In this document: in pieces, positions 52,194 to 64,000 of the stretch
How the letters are laid out: every line of letters begins with the position of its first letter
Position numbering within the stretch: position 1 is the first letter of the stretch
Assembly (NCBI RefSeq): GCF_033153115.1
Contig: NW_026889824.1
Span: 3,100,001 to 3,164,000, forward strand
Reading direction: 5' to 3'
DNA: 64,000 nucleotides
DNA from: Saccostrea echinata
Lineage: Eukaryota
The notes under the pieces: generated by a model
Databases searched by the model: none
What the model was told of the DNA's origin: nothing
What the model saw: the letters and a program-made list of their open reading frames with translations, nothing else
Translations under genes and position numbers: made by a program

Positions 52194-53642
52194 TCAATTT
52201 TCATAATGAAACACTTTCACAAGCCCATTATCATTTCCTACCCACAGAGTAGACTTGGACAGTGACAATGCTAATGGGTTTTCTATTTCTTTTTCTGTCA
52301 AAAGGCATTTCAAAAATTTTCCTTCAGGACTCAGCAAGTGGATGCTTTTAAGGTGATCAATAAAAAGAATGTTACAATAAGAGTCACACACAATGTCAGT
52401 CGGCCAAAAGTTCTCTTTCCCACGGTAGACAGATCTCAGATCACCAGAGACAGAGACATTCACAATCTCACCTTTGTTGTCCCCTGTCATGTTCACAACG
52501 CAAATATCCGAGTTGCTATTCTGACAGAGTCTGTAATGTGCTGTAAACAGTCTGGTTTGTCCGTCCTGCTGGTACTCATACTCGTGAATAACATCACCGG
52601 TCAATGTCAAGTGGCTCACTAAGCGTTGGGAACTATAATCTATGTCATCAAAACTTTTGCATTCAGAGTCTATCAAAGAAACAAAACAACCATTGTTAAC
52701 TGAATTACAAATTCTCATAGGTTCTAGAAGATGTGTACTAAAAACTCTTGAAACTGATCCTGATTGAGAAAGGTTGCAAATGGTATTTTCTGTTGTGAAA
52801 TAGATACTCTCATTTGATACACAAAAATCATCACAAACAATTTTGAATTTATGTTCTTTCTCCCCTTGTTTGCTGACCAGTTTAATGTACTTTGAATCCT
52901 TTGCCATTAAGCAGCACATATCTTCATTTAAGGCATCCAAAATTAATACAGAATTTTCACTGTATTGAAATGAATTGGTTTCTATAGCAGTGATGTTATC
53001 TCCGTCCAAAAGTTCACCAAGCATAGAATCCAGCATATTTTTATCATTTTCCACCTCCCTGTAACTCATGGAGTATCCACATTTCTCTAGGTCAATGTCA
53101 AAGTCGGAAAGGAGATGAGACAGGTCTCTTTGGTTCTCTATTGTGCTCTTATCTGACATAATGCTGTTGTTCTCCTCCATGTACTCTACTATTTGAATTA
53201 TTTTCTTCTTCTTCTCCTCTATCAGGGATTTTTCTTTATCTAGATTTTTCTTAAGGAGATTGTCTTTCAGTTCTTCTTCCTTGCTTTTCTTTATTTCTGT
53301 TAATCTGGCTATAATTTCATCAAAATTCTTCTGTATTATTTTAATATGTGAGTCACAGGAGTTTTCATTTTCAGTCTTCTTTTTCAGTATCTTCTCATCA
53401 ACCTTCGGCAGTTGTTCTTCCTTTATATCCTTCAAATACTTAAGGAGTCCTCTTCTAATCTGACTGGCAGCCGCACCTTGGGTGACCCAGTTGTGTCCAT
53501 TATGGTCTCATTTGGCACATGTGGAAAAAATGAATACATTGCAGTCCTTACACACCATATCAACTGGAAAATCATGTTTTTCACATATCTGAATATGCTC
53601 TTGAGGAGAACCACCCAAATATTTTGGTTTACTAACCGCCAT
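52194..53642 (-). pseudogene. B-box/coiled-coil/NHL gene, copy E, in-frame TGA in the B-box
   Basis: ATG at 53642 MAVSKPKYLGGSPQEHI...FIFSTCAK*DHNGHNW (TGA at 53508-53510), same frame as ORF 52194-53435. One B-box Cys is changed to Phe. Confidence 0.82.
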
Positions 53643-56611
53643 TTTATAAACAATCTTCTCGGTGACGAAGGTAAAGATTAGGTAACTATGCAGGTAATGA
53701 AATAGTATTGGAGAATCAAATATGCAGGTGCATTTTAAACTATACATTACAAATCATCAGATTTTCAGCAGTCATTTATTAGTGTCTCATGAAGAATATC
53801 ACGTTATCTGGTCATATTTGCAATCATCTTACGTTGAATTTTTGACAAATCATCATGTTTTTGTGGATGGAATTTACTGCTTAGATAATACTAAATTTAA
53901 ATAGGTATTAATCGATATATCTGTGACATCAGGTATATAAAGTTGTGCATGAAATGATATATTTAGAATATAATTTTGCCAAAACCTAAATGATTTTATA
54001 ATTGCCAACTCCATATAATTATAGAAATTATAGAATTTTTGGTGATAAAAAGATATTGTTAAAATGAAATATTTATACTTTGAAATCCAATTTTTATCAA
54101 GGGACAAAATTCCTAATTAATTTTCGGAAACACTCATCTAATTACAAAAGCGTTAAAAATCGGGCCAATTTGTATTGTCATAAAAGTGTTGTCCACAATG
54201 CCACAGACAGAGGTTCTTATATAATTGTTAAAAGTCACAAATTAACCCGTAAATTGATAAAACAATTGTCTACACACTCATTGAAAATATATTTTGAATA
54301 ATGATCTCCCTTTATCCATTATTATCCGAGAAGAAAAGTAGCTCAATGTAAATAATTTACGTTTTTATAGGAAAGATATATTTTAAAAATCTCATCATGT
54401 AAGACGGATGAAATTTTTCTCCAATTATGTTCCCCTAAGACAAGTGGGGTCACAATTACGAATCAAAGTTTTCTGTTTCAAATTGGACTTTTGAGATTGA
54501 TTACTGTTCGCTATCTCCAAATTCTTGTAGGAACGTTTAGGGAAAAATCGATATTATCTAATTAATTAATAGTAGAATCATTATTAATTAGACTAATATG
54601 CAAACATTCTCAGGTAGTGCAGATTCAAGTTTGTTCAAATCATGACTACAGGGAAGACCAAGTTTGGGCCACAAGGGATAAAATTATAACATGGGAATAT
54701 GTAGGAAGAATATTTAAAAAATTTATTCTTGAGAACTGGGTCATGTTTACGCTTCATTTAATTTACTCATGAATTGATAGGGGACAAGCTGCACAATTAT
54801 GATAACGAATAGAGTTCTCATCAAACCGTAAAATGTGTATGATGTACGTACATGTATTCTGTTCAAAAAAAGAAATACATAATAAAAGTTTTAGTGACAC
54901 ATTCAGACATAAAGGTTACTTAGTAGAATTATGTATTGATAACTAAGAAAGGAAATAAATAATGGGTCTACAAACTAACTGTCATAATTACTCAAGAATT
55001 TTACAATCATAGACAGTTTAAGGTCATTAAAAATCTAGAATACCCCCATGTACACCAATGAAAGCCTATAATGTCATCCCAATGGATGCATATGAGTGTA
55101 TTAAAAACTGTATAGGAATGCTATTCCATTATAGATGTTAGGATGGGACAGCAGTTGCAAAATCTAGGGATGCAGTTGTGTTTGGCGGATATGCCTATCC
55201 AGTTGTCCAATGCATGGTCAATGGGGTTTAAATCTTTTAAATTAAGATGGCCAAGGGAGAATGGAATGATGTGGCTTTGCAAGAATGCACTTGTCAAACA
55301 AGCCGTATGTGATGTGTATTGTCAGATTGAAATACGGTTCAAAGACATGTGCAGGTTGGACATCGGAAGAGTACAGTTGTTTCGTCAAAGTCCTTTGATT
55401 ATGAACCAAGTATGTTTCAAACATGTTATACCTTGTTACCAATTTTATTACATGGTGTTTTTTTTAAACAAACTACTAGTCATGTTTCAGTTGCTGCATA
55501 TAACCTCATTTCCTGGATGGATGAATAGATTATTCTAAATGTACCTCTATTCACAAACAACTATAAATCTATATTTTTTATTTTAAAAAAAAATCGCATG
55601 GGATTGAACGCAAGGATGGAAACACTTAAAAACAAGCTGTGGATGTTGCAAAGAGTTATGAATATGTACCAGAGAAAACTAACGCAGTAGCGTAATATTT
55701 TATCAATTGACTTTAGGCATCAGTTTACCTCCTTTGATATTCAGCGTGGCTGGATATTTGGAAGACGTACATCAGTCCAAATATCCAGCCGAACCAAAGG
55801 TATCTCCATCAGGCACGTAGTGTCGTTTTTTGAAGGGGTGGGAGGAGGGGGGTGTCAGGGAAAAAAAAATTCTGGATCACCTGAAAAATTTGACAAGGGT
55901 GGGGGAGTAGGTTCCCACTTTTTCACAACAGCATTTTCTTCATACATTACTACATAACCCTGATTTTGACTATGCTTAGGGGTGTTTTTTCAACCTTTTC
56001 ACAACCAAATTTTCTTCATACATTTTTGACTATGCTCAGGGTTTTTTTTTCTTTCAGGTCTTAAATCAAGGGACTGGGCCTTTCCATATTTGGGAAAAAT
56101 ATCACATTTAATATTTTTCTAAATAAATTCAAATCAGAGTTTTTTTTTTATTTGCAAGGTATTTCATTGACTTATTTTACATTCAGTCAATCAGTTTTTC
56201 AAGCATGCCTTTTAGATTTTTTTTAAACACCATTCCTGATATACAAGTTACCCAGTTCGGACATTTTTTTAAAAACCATATTTGTTTGTTTCAATTTTTT
56301 TCTTTTGGGAATTTTCTTTTATGAAATTGGGAAAATAAAAGACATACTTCTTACCATTGGGAATGGGGCAGAAAATAGGCTCCCTATGATCCCTGAAAAA
56401 AAAAAAAAAAAAAAAAAAAAAACTTAAGCTGTGATAAAAAAAGAGAGGGGGAAACACCCTTTTAATGAAACCATGTAGTGAAGATTCAGGTCTATGCATA
56501 TAATCCACTACAGTAGCAACTGTTTGAGGATGTTGAGGCTCAGTATTGGATGAGAAATTTAATTATTTGATGTACTCATGTAATTACATATTACTGAACA
56601 CTAACAATCAT

Positions 56612-59290
56612 TCAATTCAACAAATTTGAAGGTATTTTTCCACCTGCAGGTCTAGAATTATACAAAGTATATAACTGGGAGTGATTAGTCTTATCATCTG
56701 GAATTATAAAACTGGCCCACTCAGAAGTTTTCACAATGGATGCAAACCTCTCCTCTCCAAGACGGGGAATAAGTCCACAGGTACTCTTTAGATCGGCGAC
56801 AACTTCTCCTGCGGGCATTGAACAAAATAAATGATGGTGAATGACAAACCATAAATCCAAAATGGCAGAGAATTTCAACCTGTTATCATCAAATAACTTT
56901 GAACCATCAGAATCCATTTTTAGCAAGAAATCGTTTTCAGCATCATACATTACAACATCATATGAAGTTCCATTAATGGCACAAACTGGAATCATTGAGG
57001 TTTCCAAAGAATCATGTGATATGAATTCCTTAATTATAGTCATCTCCTTGTATTTGTATATTGATAATGCTATGGCCTGCTTATATACTTTATTCACATT
57101 GTTCAAAGATGCATGGCTTTCCACCAAGTCGGCCACAGATTTGTTTTTCTCATAATTATTGTTTTCTTGAATGTTAGAGTTTCTCATGTTTTCTGGTGTT
57201 GTTTTCTTCCAAGAGAAGATGGCACACTTGCTGTTGTCAACCTCAAAGAACATATTATTACTGCCTGGGAAAAGAACAATATCAGCTGGTCCATAGAAAA
57301 GGCGTGGACTTCCTAACAAAACAAAAATTTAAAAATCTTAAAAAATTTTAAATCCTGACTATGCCGAAACAATAAAATGCTAGTACAAGTAGTGCACATA
57401 TATTTAAAGAGAAATATTAGCAGGGAGAATATATTTTATGTACAACTGGAACTTGTTCAGGATTTCAATTCTGAATTTACTGCTAATTGTGCTGATGCTC
57501 TATACATGCTACATGCATGTTTATTGAGCTAATGCACCTGCTCCCAATGCAATAAATGTAAAATGGGTAGTATATACAGATAGCAGCAATATGGATTTCA
57601 AAAAATAGCCATATGTTAATGTCTTTATGATGAATTTTCCTAATGATGTGAGCTCAGAAACCTTATATGTATTTAAAAAAAAAAAATAAATAACAAAGCC
57701 AACTATTTAACTATTTAGCCATAAATTGGCATGAAAGTGAATACAACAATGCTTCATGCTTGAGTCTAACATAAAGTGACAGTGTATACCTATGTATGTA
57801 GTTCCAAGCTGAATATTCTCTCCACACCCAGAGGGACACACATCTGTGATTCCTGGTGTTGTTTTTTCTAAGAAGTAGTTGGAACTCAATGGCAACAGTT
57901 GAGCAAGTAAATGACTGGTTAGCAGGACTCTAGACTTTGCCTCCATGTCATTGCTTCCATCGGATGTTAAAGCAGACAGATTTCTCTCATGAATTTCTGT
58001 AATGTAAGAAAGAATTTAGTGTACGTATATAACCATGATATAAACATATGCAATTATCAATATGATGCCATTAAAACTAGAGTTGTCCTTTTAAGACAGA
58101 ATTACCAAGGAACATTGTCCAAATTGCCCTGGCTTGTTTTCAGGATATATTCTCAAGTCAATTCGAATTGACAATAATCTTCTCTAATACATAGTCACTA
58201 AACTACCTGCTATAAGATATCTAACTCTCTTAAAAACACTGATCAACCAACGACTACACATCAGATACTGGTACAAACATCTCAGTATTCATACAAAGTT
58301 AGGAAAAGTAAAAAAAAAATTAGGTGTAAAATTTACATTTATAATTCTCTAAGCATGCTTAGTAAGAGAGAATAGTTTCTGTACTTAGTATACTTAGATT
58401 ACGACATACCAGTAATTAATTTATGATTAATTGAAATGTCAAACAGTAACATAAGTTGAAATTTTTTTTTATTTGGTACAGGATGTAATATTTATGATAG
58501 CTTTCTCTACAGCAGCTAGGTTAATATGGCATTAAAAATTGTGGCTGTTAATGTAGAGGTATGCAGCAGGTACTATTCTTAATGCATGCACTCCTGACAC
58601 TAATAAAGGTCTCATTAGCAAGATTTGTAATTAACATTATCAAATCAATTTGATCAAACATATTTTCAGGTATCGCCACAAAACAAAAACGATGAATACA
58701 TAAACAATGCTGGAAAATTATACGAGCTCAGTGCAAAATACATCGAAAATGAAAGTAGAAAGTCTACACATATTTGCTATGTACACTACTTTAGTTTTTT
58801 CTTCTTTATTTAAATGAGAAGATTATAATGTATTAATTTGTCTACAAGTTGTTGCATTGATGAAGGCAGGGCGGATCTTACCCTTTTCCTCAACAAAACG
58901 TTCGAGAGCAGATACAGCCAGCATTTCCTCAGATTCGAGAAAATCACCATTCATATATTTTTCAAGGGTTTCGTAGCCTTTTGCAAACATGATATTTGCA
59001 AAGGTGTGTCGTCCGATTTTCTTACGATCTTTGTATGGGACAAAACTCCAACAGCAATTTCCAGCGAATTTCTCAGCAAATGGCACATTTTCTTCGTCTT
59101 CAAATTTATCGATGTCCGACTTCTGGTATCCAACAGCTTCGATTGTTTTAAATTGGCGACAGGAATCACTTCTTAATTCTCTCAGTTCTTTTATTAATGT
59201 CTTCTTCGGATGACTTGAAAATTTGCGTTTATAACATGCATCAACGCGGAGAATCAATGTCCGAAATGTCAGACACCTTGCTACTTCCAT
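56612..59290 (-). CDS. Uncharacterised 438-aa protein, 3 exons; possible PD-(D/E)xK restriction-endonuclease-like C-terminal domain
   Basis: Exons 59290-58882, 57996-57790 and 57312-56612, with GT-AG phase-1 introns, give 1317 nt of open frame. Motif series GPADIVL...LVESH...YKQAIALSI...IPVCAI...VVMYDAENDFLL. The fold call is inference. Confidence 0.82.
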
Positions 59291-60450
59291 TTTGAAATTG
59301 TGTATGTCGTTTCGCCCTATTTACGTTTAACACCCAGTCATTTTGTTCTACCACTATCTTAAAGGTATTCGTTAAAAATATTCCTTCTAAGCACGTAGTT
59401 CTAATCTAAAAAACTACAGACAAAGAATGGGAAGGGTTGCAGAGAAGGCCCACTTCTACATGTTCTACACAAAATGACAATCCCCATTTTAATGTAAGAG
59501 CTAGAACATTGTTCAAACTCAAAATATTCAACATGTACTGTATATTTCGTTGGGGAGAGAGTAGGGGTGAGATAGGCTATCCTGGGTTCCAACGTTTTAG
59601 AGGAGTTAAATTCCAACTCTTTTCGACGAGATTTTGAATACATAAACATGGGAGTTTTTTTTACAATACTGCGACAAAAAGTGTTGGGGATGGTGAGGAG
59701 TGGGATGGAGGCAACCAGATGAGTAGAAAGAAGAATAATGGTCCCTTAGACATGTTAGAATAATTATAATATCGGACCGGGGGTCACTTTTAGACGTAGC
59801 AAAATGACCTCAACGCCTTAGAAAAAAGTGTTTATTTTGTGGAAAAATAACCAAGGGACCAGTTTTCTGTATATGCCATCTATGAGAAAATGTCTGGCTC
59901 TTGTAGTAAAATAGTTGTTACTAAAAAGAATGGTGTAAAATTTTACAGGATTAATTGAATCGAAGATTTTCAGCTTGTTAGGATATGGGTTACTGCCCAA
60001 GTCGTATTTTCCCTGACGAATCCTTGGAGAGCATCACTCTATGTTTATATTCCAGTGCTGATATCAAGAAGCACCGATCGAATACTAGTAAATTTAAATA
60101 ATTAAAATAACGCTAATTATATACATGTATTTCAATGTATCATTAATTCATTTTTTGCGCGCATTATAATTTAATTGCAGTTCTTTCTGCTGAAATATCC
60201 TTTAAATATGATCAAGTTAAATAAAGTTTACCATAGTACATATCCAGATACTTAATTGACTATGACACTATACTCCAGAACATGGCAAATAAGTTGATGT
60301 TACAAAAATATCAACAGTTTAAGTCGAAGTTGACTGACTTTTTTCATACTAATTGTTAATCTATTCTTTTTACACTTTTCCCGTTCTTCCCATCATGACA
60401 AGAAGCACACGTGCGACCGGGATGCTTACTCCTCCATGACACCCATGCAT

Positions 60451-60654
60451 GTAGCTGCAGATCTGTAGCTCGTTGGTCGAAAAAAAAAATGGATGGACGA
60501 CCAGAGAGTAAACGGAGAAATAAATCGAGAAACAGCGCACTTTTTTGTGAGCAATAAATATACACTTTTTTCAATGGGTGGCACTGCACGTAGCTCTCTG
60601 GTCGTCCATCCAAATTTTTTTTTTCGGAATAGCGAGTTACAGATCTGCAGCTAC
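60451..60654. mobile_element. MITE with long TIRs inserted in a retroelement 3'-UTR fragment (~60375-60730)
   Basis: TIRs gtagctgcagatctgta...ggatggacgaccagagag / ctctctggtcgtccatcc...tacagatctgcagctac; flanks catgcat / catggat. Host fragment gggatgcttactcctcca is related to 19850-20010. Confidence 0.75.
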
Positions 60655-61900
60655 CATGGATGCACATTATCGACCACTGATGTTTGCTCTGCTTCAATTT
60701 TGTTTTAATTGCATCAGTGGACTTTTGAGCTTGATTATTGTTTGTTGTCTTCATTTTTCATATACAACACATTTTAGATTTAGAGCCTTAATATTACTTA
60801 AATTCAATGCCAATGACAATTGCTAGAAATATGTGAATATACAATTAACATTTCCGTATTTATATTGACGAGAACCCCAGAAAGAAAGTTTTTTCCAAAG
60901 TGTAAAAAAATGTTTGAGAAGAGGATTAAAATTGCCTGAATAACTAGCAGATTGGGCCAACATTTTGTTTTGACTACGTGAAGAAAGTGATGAAAATCCA
61001 CGCTGCCAAACGTAATTTTTTTTCCATCGCCGGACGTTGGCTAATCATTTCCGGGTCATCATTAGCTCAACGATATCATAGGCGTCGGAAACAGGGAGGG
61101 GGGAGCTTAGCCCCTCCCCACCACTTTTTTTTTGCAAAGATAGACATAATATAGGCATTGAACATTGGGGCGTAGGTTTAGCTCCCCCACTTTTAACAAG
61201 CACACGTTGCAGTGTAGTTCGAGACGGGTAAGTGGTGGTGTTTGAAAAAAAATTGGTACTGAAATAAGTACGATCCTATATCCCCCCTTTCAAGAAATAG
61301 GATTTTCGGGTTTGCACAGGAAATTTTCCTGTGACGATTTAAATGTGTAATTTACATGTAGGGAGAGCTAGGGCGTAATAAATTTTCAGAACTTGTGCCT
61401 AATCCCTTTGTAATTACAAATTACAATAAAATATGTTCAAACCAATGAAAGTACTTCCTTCACCTTTGAAAGTTTAATTGAGTAAGATAACGAAAGTCAA
61501 CGAGGTTACATCTTTATTGTACATGAATATAAATTAGAAAAATCATCAACCCCATCATCCTCGGCAAACAGATTAATACGAGTGAGATCAAGAAGGGTTT
61601 ACGATCAGGCAAAAGCTCCATCTGTACAATTAAAAAGCCGAAGGGAAGAGACTGAAATTATGCACTTTGGGGTGCTCTGCTCCTCGACCACTTCACTCTA
61701 ATTAATACTTTGCATTGAAGTATACTTAATATAAAATAATTCATGTAAATAAATTAAATACTGCTTCCCATTGAATTAATTATAAGCCCTCTGTACATTG
61801 TACCAATAAATGAATGGTAATAAAAACTTACCAGTGTAAAATACTCTTTACCAAAAACCAGCACTTTACATGGCAATAAGTTCTATTTATATTGTGGATC

Positions 61901-62253
61901 TTAAATACGAGTTATCCTTGTTAGCTCTATTTCCTCGTAATGATTAGGCTCGTTGTTGCCTTCTCGTGAAAGTCGGAGACAACTTGGAATTTTCAGGATA
62001 TCGGATACACGAATGAATATTATATACAATATCAAAAGAAAGAATACTAAAATCAACAGAGCAAAAATGCATAAAACTAATGTGTTGTCTATTAAGGAAA
62101 ATGATGATATGGGATCTTGTTTTATTGTTTCTGTTGAATTTCTAGAAGTGTTGGGTGATATATGAATAGTAGTTGATGATCTTTGACCTGTAGAGGGAAA
62201 CTCCTTCGAAGATGTGAGTGTTTCTGTTGCTTCGTAATGAACAGGTGTCGATT
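61901..62253 (-). CDS. Terminal exon of a type I membrane protein (S/T-rich stalk, TM helix, short tail with NHYEEI)
   Basis: Acceptor tttttttttttag before 62253; ESTPVHYEATETLTSS...LVLCIFALLILVFFLLILYIIFI RVS...NHYEEIELTRITRI*. Upstream exons not identified in the window. Confidence 0.65.
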
Positions 62254-62487
62254 CTAAAAAAAAAAGCATTAGAATGTGTTAAAATGATCGAATTAAAGAA
62301 TAATTTCATAATCGCGTTAAAATAAATGTCAGATATACTTTAAATGACTAATTTTCTCTCTGACTGCTGAAGAAATGACTTTTTAAACCGTTCATGCACC
62401 TCTAAGTGGTTTGTTTCCAAATCCTCAAAATCCAAAGAGCTTATAAGATTAATTTACTGTGTAGCTAGTGCGAGTAGGATGATGGGC

Positions 62488-62743
62488 TATGACGGTACAT
62501 ATTGTCGTTCTGTACATATTGTCGTCAGTAACAAAATGTACCTACCCTCGCTGCACATATTGTCGTCCATTGGAACATATTGTCTCCGGCAACAATATGT
62601 ATCGAGAAGAGCCTCTTTTCTTCCTGCTTAATGGACAACAAAATGTACAGTCACGCATTGGCACATTTTGTCGTCGGCGACAATATGTACTCTGAACATT
62701 TGCACATTTTGTCGCCGATATATTGTGTTGAACAATATTTACT

Positions 62744-62787
<44 letters not shown>

Positions 62788-63618
62788 TATGGCAGAGTGT
62801 ATGGTAGATAAATAAGGAAACAAGTTATATTTCTTTACCATTACTCGCATTACTGAAGGAGGAAAAGGTCTGGTAAAAAAAAATGATGTACACCACTACT
62901 GTATGCCAAGATACCAGAATTCTCGATACATCTGATAAATCAACCTATTCTTGTATTCTCCTTATATATACTAGGAGATTGAATGTTAATTTTTTTTTTG
63001 TTCAGTAGTAATGCTTATCTAGAAAATATTTTTGCGTTATTCTTATACAATATACAATTTAATTGGGGTTATAATTAGGGTTAACATTTTTGCTTACCTG
63101 AGCTGAAAGCTGTAAACTTTTTACGTTTTCAGATTCTTCTCATTAACTACTGGGTCAATTTCAACCAAACGTCCAAACGTACCACGAAGCATCCATGGAT
63201 AAAGGGAGTTCAAGTTTATTCAAATGAAGGGCTATGCTCTCCATCAAGGGAGGAAAAAGAATTAGTGAAAGTTAAGTGGCATCTTTTAAAAAACTTCTCA
63301 AACACGACTGTGCCTGAAAAGTTGAAATTTTTGTAAAAGTTCCATTATAAAGTGTAGACTTAATTTTATTCTGACCATGATCCCCGGGTGAAGGATGGGA
63401 AAAAAATCTTTGAAAATCTTCTTCTCGAGTACTGGGCTAGAAGAGTTGATAACTATGTGAAAGCTTCATTACATAGTACATTCAAGTTTCAAATATATGG
63501 AAGCATTGTCATGTATTGTCATGTGACATGGACCGAGGTACGACAATATGTGCAGCGAGGGTAGGTACAGTTTGTCGCCGGCGATATTATGAACAGGACG
63601 ACAAAATGTACCATCACA
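62488..63618. mobile_element. TIR element with ACATATTGTCG subterminal repeats, containing a (GA)n tract and a nested HINE fragment (~63085-63500)
   Basis: 62488-62568 is inverted relative to 63539-63618 (gtacctaccctcgctgcacatattgtcgt). A further related end lies at ~63755-63904. Confidence 0.65.
62748..62785. repeat. (GA)n microsatellite
   Basis: GA run. Confidence 0.95.
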
Positions 63619-64000
63619 ATTGCGCTGCATGAATTAGCATATGAGGCACGTCGGTGTGATTTACACACCAATAACATTCACAAAACTACAAAAAGACAAC
63701 AAAAAATCTTTGAGAAACAATATCGGGGGGGGGGGGGATCTGTAGTGAGGTTAGGTTACATAATGTCTCCATTGACAATATGTACATGTGTAACTTTTCA
63801 GCCGGCGACAAAATGTACCGATGGACGACAATATGTGCATTGAGGATAGGTGCATATTGTCGCCTACGACAATATGTACAAAAACGACTATATGTACAGT
63901 CACATGGACCCACTGTTTATGACTAAATCTTAAACAGTATAATAATTTAAGACACACAGTAATTCGCATAAACGACGAAGTCGTTTAATATTCTCCACTA

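Noticed and set aside
53508-53510. In-frame TGA as selenocysteine
   Set aside because: The aligned residue in paralogs is Ser/Thr/Leu, not Cys, and no SECIS was recognised. A simple nonsense change is more likely.
55143-55538. 131-aa ORF
   Set aside because: No recognisable motif or supporting exon structure.
55747-55790. Short hairpin ggctggatatttgga...tccaaatatccagcc
   Set aside because: Probably a tiny MITE remnant; nothing supports a miRNA or other functional RNA.

Overview
AT-rich, intron-containing, repeat-dense eukaryotic genomic DNA with three N-gaps. The repeat families and the RING-less B-box/NHL gene expansion suggest a bivalve, most likely an oyster (inference). Main contents: (1) 1-13234 (+): the 3' 15 exons (775 aa visible) of a polytopic membrane protein. 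It resembles plant NO EXINE FORMATION 1 (NEF1), judged from memory, and its reading frame closes only if intron 2266-2504 is spliced as a U12-type AT-AC minor intron. (2) 15240-53642 (-): a tandem cluster of five single-coding-exon B-box/coiled-coil/NHL (TRIM-like, RING-less) genes. One ORF is intact, three are disrupted and one is a fragment. The cluster was built at least partly by segmental duplications that also copied the tail of the NEF1-like gene. (3) A Penelope-like retroelement (RT + GIY-YIG) with a minimal hammerhead ribozyme, lying inside a foldback element whose two arms each carry a tRNA-Pro-like sequence with an AGC anticodon. (4) 56612-59290 (-): a 3-exon, 438-aa gene with a possible PD-(D/E)xK-like fold. 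(5) The last exon of a type I membrane protein with a YEEI tail. (6) Many non-autonomous elements: Helentron/HINE-type carriers of ~165-bp and ~146-bp tandem repeats, Kolobok-like, EnSpm-like, Tc1/pogo-like MITEs, and long GAA-loop palindromes. All homology calls are by eye; no searches were run.
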